Positions 1-7,562 of a stretch of DNA of 64,000 nt are shown piece by piece. Both the position numbers and the translations under genes were made by a program. The notes under the pieces are model-generated. The model was not told the DNA's origin. It did no database searches and worked only from the letters and a program-made list of their open reading frames with translations. Every line of letters starts with the position of its first letter. Within the stretch, counting starts at the first letter, position 1. Source of the DNA: Auanema rhodensis (lineage: Eukaryota > Animalia > Nematoda); NCBI GenBank assembly GCA_964057225.1, contig OZ059899.1:4402001-4466000 (forward strand), written 5' to 3'.

Positions 1-16
1 AAACCAAAACTACTGT

Positions 17-88
17 TGGAGATATGGGGAATCGAACCCCAGACTTCTCGCATGCAAAGCGAGCGCTCTACCCCTGAGCTATATCCCC
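17..88 (-). tRNA. tRNA-Ala(TGC) copy 1
   Basis: Minus strand reads GGGGATATAGCTCAGGGGTAGAGCGCTCGCTTTGCATGCGAGAAGTCTGGGGTTCGATTCCCCATATCTCCA (72 nt). It forms a cloverleaf with anticodon arm CTCGC-TTTGCAT-GCGAG, the G3:U70 Ala identity pair and a GTTCGATTC B box. No CCA tail is encoded. Confidence 0.97.
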
Positions 89-247
89 ACATTCGACAAA
101 ATATATGACTGTGAGTTTGTTCAAACTTGAAGAACCTCTTGATCAAAAATTTTAGTTGTGAATATTAATTTCCTAATCTAATTTTTCTTTCAATCATTTT
201 GTAAAATTCCTGAAAAAAAAAATATAAAAGTAAAGAACTTGAAGAAT

Positions 248-257
248 AAAACCAAAA
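248..257 (-). terminator. Pol III terminator (TTTTGGTTTT), present in every tRNA unit; copy 2 shown
   Basis: On the minus strand the tRNA 3' end is followed by ACAGTAG and then TTTT-GG-TTTT. Confidence 0.7.
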
Positions 258-264
258 CTACTGT

Positions 265-336
265 TGGAGATATGGGGAATCGAACCCCAGACTTCTCGCA
301 TGCAAAGCGAGCGCTCTACCCCTGAGCTATATCCCC
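265..336 (-). tRNA. tRNA-Ala(TGC) copy 2
   Basis: Identical to copy 1. Confidence 0.97.
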
Positions 337-511
337 AAATTCGACAGAATATATGACTGTGAGTTTGTTCAAACTTGAAGAACCTCTTGATCAAAAATTT
401 TAGTTGTGAATATTAATCTCCTAATCTAATTTTTGTTTCAATCATTTTGTAAATCTCTTGAAAAAAATATAGAAAAGTAAAGAACTTGAAGAATAAAACC
501 AAAACTACTGT

Positions 512-583
512 TGGAGATATGGGGAATCGAACCCCAGACTTCTCGCATGCAAAGCGAGCGCTCTACCCCTGAGCTATATCCCC
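512..583 (-). tRNA. tRNA-Ala(TGC) copy 3
   Basis: Identical to copy 1. Confidence 0.97.
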
Positions 584-759
584 ACATTCGACAGAATATA
601 TGACTGTGAGTTTGTTCAAACTTGAAGAACCTCTTGATCAAAAATTTTGGTTGTGAATATTAATTTCCTAATCTAATTTTTCTTACAATCATTTTGTAAA
701 TCTCCTGAAAAAAAATATAGAAAAGTAAAGAACTTGAAGAATAAAACCAAAACTACTGT

Positions 760-831
760 TGGAGATATGAGGAATCGAACCCCAGACTTCTCGCATGCAA
801 AGCGAGCGCTCGACCCCTGAGCTATATCCCC
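760..831 (-). tRNA. tRNA-Ala(TGC) copy 4, variant (possible pseudogene)
   Basis: Two substitutions: 770 g>a (a T-stem G:C becomes G:U) and 812 t>g (GGTAGAGC becomes GGTCGAGC, losing the conserved D-loop A21 in the A box). Confidence 0.85.
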
Positions 832-1007
832 ACATTTGACAGAATATATGACTGTGAGTTTTTTCAAACTTGAAGAAGCTCTTGATCAAAAATTTTAGTT
901 GTAAATATTAATCTCCTAATCTAATTTTTGTTTCAATCATTTTGTAAAATTCCTGAAAAAAAATATATAAAAGTAAAGAACTTGAAGAATAAAACCAAAA
1001 CTACTGT

Positions 1008-1079
1008 TGGAGATATGGGGAATCGAACCCCAGACTTCTCGCATGCAAAGCGAGCGCTCTACCCCTGAGCTATATTCCC
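1008..1079 (-). tRNA. tRNA-Ala(TGC) copy 5, variant
   Basis: 1076 c>t changes G4 to A, giving an A4:C69 acceptor-stem mismatch next to the G3:U70 identity pair. Confidence 0.85.
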
Positions 1080-1255
1080 ACATTCGACAGAATATATGAC
1101 TGTGAGTTTGTTCAAACTTGAAGAACCTCTTGATCAAAAATTTTAGTTGTGAATATTAATTTCCTAATCTAATTTTTCTTTCAATCATTTTGTAAAATTC
1201 CTGAAAAAAAATATATAAAAGTAAAGAACTTGAAGAATAAAACCAAAACTACTGT

Positions 1256-1327
1256 TGGAGATATGGGGAATCGAACCCCAGACTTCTCGCATGCAAAGCG
1301 AGCGCTCTACCCCTGAGCTATATCCCC
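1256..1327 (-). tRNA. tRNA-Ala(TGC) copy 6
   Basis: Identical to copy 1. Confidence 0.97.
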
Positions 1328-1502
1328 ACATTAGACAGAATATATGACTGTGAGTTTGTTCAAACTTGAAGAACCTCTTGATCAAAAATTTTAGTTGTGA
1401 ATATTAATCTCCTAATCTAATTTTTGTTTCAATCATTTTGTAAATCTCTTGAAAAAAATATAGAAAAGTAAAGAACTTGAAGAATAAAACCAAAACTACT
1501 GT

Positions 1503-1574
1503 TGGAGATATGGGGAATCGAACCCCAGACTTCTCGCATGCAAAGCGAGCGCTCTACCCCTGAGCTATATCCCC
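1503..1574 (-). tRNA. tRNA-Ala(TGC) copy 7
   Basis: Identical to copy 1. Its upstream flank is interrupted by an LTR at 1649. Confidence 0.97.
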
Positions 1575-1648
1575 ACATTCGACAAAGTTAATGACTGTGA
1601 GTTTGTTCAAACTTGAAGAACCTCTTAATCAAAAATTTTAGTTGTGAA

Positions 1649-1948
1649 TGTCGCTTCGGCGAAGGCATTCCGTGTGATAGTTTTCCGCTGAGATTCGAAT
1701 AACAAATAATCAGTGGTAGAATGCTTTATTAAAGAGAAAGTTAACAATATCAACAAAATATAGATCGTCTATACTCCGTTGAAGTAAGTTGAGGTATATC
1801 GTATTTTCCGATCCCAAAGATGAAGATATGGGAAGGCGGGCCGAAAAGTACAATCTGAAATAGACAAAGTAAAGGAAAACGATAAAAACAAAACTGAAAT
1901 GGAACAAAACATAGAAAAAAGGATAAAAAATAATCGCTAACCGCGACA
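1649..1948 (-). repeat. 3' LTR (300 bp) of the BEL/Pao element
   Basis: Bounded by 6 bp terminal inverted repeats TGTCGC...GCGACA. It begins exactly where the tRNA repeat breaks, has AATAAA on the minus strand at 1725-1730, and is preceded by a PPT-like tract. There is no partner LTR in the window to confirm it. Confidence 0.85.
1725..1730 (-). promoter_or_regulatory. Polyadenylation signal in the LTR
   Basis: AATAAA on the element's sense strand, ~76 nt before the LTR end. Confidence 0.55.
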
Positions 1949-1958
1949 CTGCCGCCGC
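1949..1958 (-). promoter_or_regulatory. Polypurine-tract-like plus-strand primer site
   Basis: Minus-strand GCGGCGGCAG directly abuts the TGT of the LTR, the expected position, and is G-rich like BEL/Pao PPTs. Confidence 0.65.
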
Positions 1959-1960
1959 AG

Positions 1961-2431
1961 CTAAGCCATTGGCCTTTTGCGACGTTGTCCGTCGCATAAT
2001 GACCCATGATGCTTATCAGAGTTGCATTTGTAGCAGTTAGTGCTACAGGGATGCTCGTGTAGAGCCGATAAGCATCGTAAGCATAATTTCAATTGATGAG
2101 CGCGGATTCCACGCTCCATAACAGATGAATAGATGGGACAATTGCCTGTGCGGTGACCATCAGTAGTCACTTGATCGCAAAATAGGCAGGTTTTCGTTGG
2201 TTGCGTTTGTAATCGAATCAAATTCTGATTTTCATTCAGAATTTTCATAGCTTCAGAAATGATTCTGAAGTGATTGTCCAAATACTCACTCATGTATTGG
2301 AACTTTCGATTTAAACGATTTTCAACGAGAACAAGAGTTCGAATAGAGGTAGGAAGGTTAGAATAGGAAGGATCTTTCAATTCTTCCTCAAAAGATGGTT
2401 CATTATGAACTGTAATAGAATCAGAATGCAT
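1961..2431 (-). CDS. 3' accessory ORF with Gag-like Cys/His zinc knuckles
   Basis: A predicted helical or coiled-coil segment is followed by CLFC-x6-H-x4-CP, LCLRCL-x3-H-x3-C and CYKC-x4-HH-x3-C, resembling the triple knuckles of BEL/Pao Gag. The first ATG is at 2431; the ORF-track start at 2464 is TTG. Confidence 0.8.
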   Translation of the reverse strand: MHSDSITVHNEPSFEEELKDPSYSNLPTSIRTLVLVENRLNRKFQYMSEYLDNHFRIISEAMKILNENQNLIRLQTQPTKTCLFCDQVTTDGHRTGNCPIYSSVMERGIRAHQLKLCLRCLSALHEHPCSTNCYKCNSDKHHGSLCDGQRRKRPMA

Positions 2432-2511
2432 GACAACAAATAATTTCAAAAATGAGGATAACAATGCTTATATAGTAAGATTTTTAAGGATAGTACGGAA
2501 TTAGTTCAATG

Positions 2512-5500
2512 TTAAAATCTTCTATCAAAACAAAGATTTCTAAGAATAAAGAAAAACTTGGTTGTTGTATCTATTATGATTTTAATAGTACGGAAAGCTG
2601 TGATCAAGAAAAAATAAATGGCTGGAGTACAACCTAGGTATCCCAAAAAACATATGATGATCAGAAAAACAACGCAGATTGAAAACATCATCCAGTGTTC
2701 TTTAAAAAGTTTCAAAAAAGGAATTATGTCAGGTATTATAACTGAATTCTGATTTGAATGAATTTCATTTGGTTCATTAGTAGATGAATTAAAATATAAT
2801 TGTCCCGTTACAATTATATCAATTTTTTCATGATTACATTTAGTATGACAAACTTCATTTATAATTGAATTATCTCTTTTAATATTGATATTTGTAATTT
2901 CATTGAAGGGTGAACATTTAATCATGAATACATCTTTTGAACACTCGATCGGTATCCATGTTTCTTTAGATGACATACAAGAAAACAATGCAGATGCACC
3001 CTGCCCACAGGAATAACATCCGGAGAGACTGATCAATAAGGGACGACAAGGTATATCATAGGAAAATGTATTACTGTCATATAAAAGTTCAGAATCAATT
3101 GAAACTGTAGTTTCATCAGACTGAGTTCGAAAAGTTAAGGATGTATCGGGTTTATAGATTGTCTCCGTGTTTGCCATATACGGAGGTAAAATATGAGAAA
3201 AATGTGTGAAATTATGTTGTGGACATATACAGCCAGCAACATCATTATTGATTTTGTTACAAGTACAATCGATAACCGTTGTACATCTTGAAAAATTGTC
3301 GGAAGTGTCTGCCTTCGAAATACATTGTACCATAAATGGAAAATGTGGTTCAACAGCAAAGATTTGATTGTTTGAAGCAACAAAATAATAATTATGAAGT
3401 GGAGTAGGAGGTTTGTCTTGTGTATTGATCGTCATATTGAAAAAAGAGTAATTCATCTTCAAATATGGTGGAATTGTGATATTATAAATATTTTTATCTT
3501 TAACAATATGTGTTGTAATTTCAAAAGTTGAAGATGTTGTCCAATCTTCACATTTAAACACTTCAAATATGTCGTCCGAAGTAGGTACATGTTCTAATTT
3601 GTAGAAAAGACAAGGGTTTTCCCAAAATGTCAAACAACGCCATATATGTGCTGAAGACCGGACACATTTGGATTGTGTTGGATAATTATATGGTTCGAAT
3701 TCAGAAATACGAGAGCGATGATTCATAGTTTCACAAGTTTGATCACAAGATCCCATATGAGCACATCGAAAATCAACAGTTAGTTTAGGCAAAGTAGCCT
3801 TTGTAAAAAATTTTGTGGTTTTCTTACATTCATAACTTGTATATAATTTTCGAATTTGAATATAACCAATAGAATGATTTTTAAATTTTATATCCAGGCA
3901 TAAATCTTTAACTCCAGGAGAAAAAACTATTTGATCACTATATTGGTGATAACATTGAGTACGATTCAGACAATGTGTAGAAACCGAATGAATAACGTGA
4001 TGATCGGTACAAGCAGTAGCATTATTAATCAGAAATATCGTTAGTATACTGATAATTGATAATCGAGAACCTCTTTTCCAAAATGGAGGATATAATTTAG
4101 GTTCTATATGTGGAATATTCTCAGATGAAGTTGGAGGAGGTTCAATAACTCCTAATTCAATATCATTCTGTTCCGGAGTATGAGGTCTAAGTGTGAAAAA
4201 AGAAGATATGTAACGAATAGTATTAGACCAGGAATTATATCGATATTGATGGAATCCTATGCGTATACAACAACAAAGGATGCCAAATAAACAACAAAGT
4301 GGTAAGAACAATGACCACATGGCAAGATGAGGAGCACAATGTGGGTTTCCAAGCAAATGTATGGATAAAAACTTTGCCTCATCACATACTACAGAATTTG
4401 CAGATGCTACGGGTAAAAATATCGATATTATTGTAAAAATTAAAATTGCAGACGTCATTGCTGATTTGAAATTCTTTCGCGAAGCGTATGTGATGTGATC
4501 CCGTAAAGGTAAGGTGCGAACACGTTTTTCGTTTGTTTCAGTAGATGGTTTTACGTCGTTTTGGTCAATGGTAGGCAAAATTATGGTTTGTTTTGCTTTA
4601 CTTGTGTTTTTCTTTTGTAATTTTTTACGATTATCGTCAGGCGTATGACCTGGACCCCATAATTGTAATTCAGCTTCTTCCTCAAGGATCGGATTATGTA
4701 TCGAAGAAATTTTGGACGTAGGTATGTAAATTTTTTGAGGATTATTAATATCTATTGGTTCAGGACATGTAACCACATTGTTCGTTTCATGGATTGAAGG
4801 TACAGGTGAGTTTGATCTTATAATATATTCCTGTATTGGTTGAGCATCAAGGTTCATCATATCCGAAGCAGATCCTACCTTCAAAGACAATGAAGTGTCT
4901 TCGGAAGGAGTAGATCGAGGAATTGATGTCATATCAGGTAAAACACTTCGTAATTCAAGTGGATATAGATGATTTAAGGAACGAGATATGATGTTCCCAG
5001 CTGGAGTGAGAACTTTAGCTGTACGAATGAATCCATCAGAACTACTTATAAGTTCTGTGATTCGACCAAGTTTCCATTGACCACGAGGTAAGTTATCGTT
5101 ATGTATAACTACAATTTCACCAATATTAGGTTTATTGGCATTTGCTGAAGGTTGTTTTCGGGAATGTTTGTATATATCACGAATATATATCAAATATTCT
5201 GTTTGAAATTTATCCCAAAACATCGTAGCTGCATCAGAAGTAAGTTGTAAAGTTTCTAATGCTTGTTCAACGTTTTGTATTACAGGAATATCAATGGAAT
5301 TATTATAAACTCGAGAACCACAATCATCCGGTAGGGAAAGAACAAGACCAGGCGAAATGAAATCGACAGGACGAATAGGTACGTGATTTATATTATTTGG
5401 ATCTGGATGTGTTAAAGGCCTTGTGTTAATGACTGCTTCAATTTTGACAATTAAAGTTAATAATTCATCAAATGTTAATTTATTTCTTTGTATTGCCTTT

Positions 5501-6043
5501 TTCATTGCATTTTTAGTAATTCCCACCATTCTTTCCCAAGAACCTCCTTTCCATGGAGACTTAGGTGTGTTAAAGAGCCAATTTATGTTATTTTTGGCTA
5601 GATGGACTACAATATCAGCTGGGGTGAAATTAAATTCAGCTGATTTTTGTATTGTCTCAATTAATTGAGCTCCGAGAATAAAATTACCCCCACAATCACT
5701 TCGCATTGTGGTTGGTAAACCTCGTCGGGCTATGAAACGAGTGAAAGCGTTCATAAATGAAGTCGCTGTTTGATCATAGACCATTTCAAGATGAATGGCA
5801 CGTATGGTTAAGCAAGTAAAAAGACATACATAGACCTTATGTCCACTTTTAAGCATAATAGGTCCAAATAAGTCGCAACCAGTGTTAAGAAATGGTTTAG
5901 TTAATATCACTCTATCTTTAGGCAATGAAAGCATATCAGGAGTGCCATATGGTAAAGATTGATATTTATTGCATAAATGACATTTCTTTAAAGTTTGTTT
6001 TATAATTGCTGCAGCGCGAGCAATAAAATAAGTTTGACGAAAA
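2512..6043 (-). CDS. C-terminal part of the BEL/Pao polyprotein: integrase + linker + envelope (reduced Gn, phlebovirus G2/Gc-like class II fusogen)
   Basis: Zn-finger remnant CHLC; DDE core GCDLFGP / RSDCGGNF / PWKGGSWERMVG; INTRPL; BEL-type IN tail FWDKFQTEYL...WKLGRI...RSLNHLYPLE (ends ~4952). Hydrophobic signal/TM segments follow. Gc starts at NATA|C (~4011) with RCAHMGSC, CLFY, FKCEDW and LSGCYSCGQGA, and ends in a C-terminal TM. There are no stops across ~1175 codons and no native start. Confidence 0.92.
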
Positions 6044-7562
6044 CATCCATCATAGTGGAAGAACAAACACCAGTTACTGCTAAAAAGGTACGCTCCTCTA
6101 ATTCAAATAAAAATAAGAAAAATAAAAATAAAAACTCAAGCAAATCGGACGCATCTCTCTCTCTGTCCATCCCTGAACCAACAGTTTCACCTTCAGTAGC
6201 CACTACTAGTGCAGGCGGTTTACAAACTTTTAAAAACATAGTTTCTGATCTCTTCAATCGTTCACCAAAAGATCGAAACTTGAACACCAGCCACACGAAT
6301 AGATACTCGTCGGTTCCAAACATTAATTTATCTCCCATACAACCACCCGAACATACACATCTTGCTATTACTGATAACCAAACTTCAACCCCAATTTTAC
6401 CAAATACAACAACAGGAAGTTCAAAAGCACCAAACCAACCCAGCCGCTCAGTACACACAACCCCTGTGTCTGAAAACTCATTAACAACAGGCAGAGTGAT
6501 AAAAATGCCATCTGCCCGTACAAGTAATATGGCAACTGAACCTTCTTTACCTGGGGCAGGGAAAACTACCATAGCGCAAGCCTTGTTATCACCCTACTGC
6601 CCAACTTATGATGGCAGTCGCAACTTTCGAGATTACACGGCTAAATTCAACCTATTTGCCAACGCTGTAGGTCTGGTAATCCCGGAGAGATTAGCCCTCC
6701 TACCTTTGCTTCTTAAAAACGAAGCAGCGGAAGAAGCGTACAGCAAGTACCTGAACAATTAAAAACCACCGGTTCATGGAATGACCTGTTAAGAGCTTTA
6801 ACATCTAAGCTGTGTCCTGAATATAATCAGGACCCCGCGCTGATCAATCTCCAAAATACAACCCAAGGGGATCTGACAATTGACGCTTACGCTCAATCAC
6901 TGAGAACGATTGCACTAAGCGCTTTTGCCACGGATGACCCTCACAAAGATCACATATTAAGATCAACTTTCCTCAGAGGACTGAAAAATACTCTGAAACC
7001 AGCTGTGATTCGAGCGAAGCCAAAATCCTTCACGGATGCGATTGAGGCTGCTCGCTGGGAAGAATCAATAATGAACCAGACAACAGACACGCAGTCCATG
7101 CTAGTCAATGCTGTAAACAAAGCACTAGCTCCTTTCGCGCGCACAAACGAGAGACGAGATAACCGAAATTTTGACCGTAATCATCCACGTGATAACCAAA
7201 ACAATAAAAATTATCATAATTATCAAAATTATCAGAAAAATAAAAACTTTTCAAAATATAATAACAACCAAAATCGTAACGGCTCTTTTGCTAATTATCG
7301 CCGTAACAATAATTATGAACGAAATTCGGGACGATTTAATAACAACTGGCATTCAAACAATTTTAATCCTTCAAACAATAATAGAAGAGGAAGGACTAAT
7401 GAACATAACGGACAAAGAAGAATCCATTTTAACAATCAAAGAGATCAATCAAGAGGACGAGATAGAAGCACACCACGAATTAACTCTGTGACCCTTTCAC
7501 CGTTATCACTAACGGTTGTAATGGCAATCACAGTAGCAATTCTCCTGCCATGTGTAACTTCA
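6044..7562 (+). pseudogene. gag: gag (S/T/P-rich N-terminus, retrotransposon capsid, Asn/Arg-rich tail, env signal peptide) with a 1-nt frameshift at ~6740
   Basis: Frame 1 CPTYDGSRNFRDYTAKFNLFANA...LLKNEAAEEAY continues in frame 3 from 6741 as QQVPEQLKTTGSWNDLLRALTSKL...TTQGDLTIDAYAQSLRTIA...FLRGLKNTLKPAVIRAKPKSFTDAIEAARWEE. This matches Ty3/gypsy capsid hallmarks (PxFxG, W..L...L, MHR-like Q...I..Y...L, F..GL, P.S...AI..A). Confidence 0.82.

Larger units (their letters stand above)
1..1648. repeat. Tandem tRNA-Ala gene array, unit 247-248 bp, ~6.6 units visible (runs off the left edge)
   Basis: tRNA low coordinates fall at 17, 265, 512, 760, 1008, 1256 and 1503 (spacing 248,247,248,248,248,247). 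The AT-rich spacers are near-identical. The repeat breaks after gttgtgaa at 1648. Confidence 0.97.
1649..6043 (-). mobile_element. 5'-truncated env-bearing BEL/Pao (Belpaoviridae, Cer7/Cer13/Atlas-like) LTR retroelement
   Basis: Order on the minus strand is integrase, env, small Cys/His ORF, PPT, LTR. The 5' LTR, gag, PR, RT and RNase H are absent. The ~6043 boundary is approximate (where integrase Zn-finger similarity FRQTYFI stops). Confidence 0.92.

Noticed and set aside
194-1385. Six 64-67 aa minus-strand ORFs in the tRNA array
   Set aside because: They are read-throughs of the tRNA repeat unit with non-coding composition and unit-to-unit frame changes.
1-1648. CRISPR-like regular repeats
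   Set aside because: The spacers are near-identical rather than unique, the repeat is a tRNA, and there are no cas genes.
1651-1662. TCGC-TTCG-GCGA hairpin at the LTR end
   Set aside because: The stem is only 4 bp and partly forced by the LTR terminal repeat, and the UUCG-loop version is on the antisense strand.
1821-1834. TGAAGATATGGGAA in the LTR, a 12/14 match to the complement of the tRNA-Ala 3' end (PBS-like)
   Set aside because: It is on the wrong strand and in the wrong position for a PBS, lacks the TGG start, and is short enough to arise by chance.
1710-2007. 95 aa and 85 aa ORFs over the LTR
   Set aside because: They are F/L-rich translations of T-rich LTR sequence with no motifs.
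5995-6066. Annotated starts of the 1184 aa and 255 aa ORFs and their overlap
   Set aside because: Both starts are TTG codons created by reading across the junction into the other element; neither is a native start.
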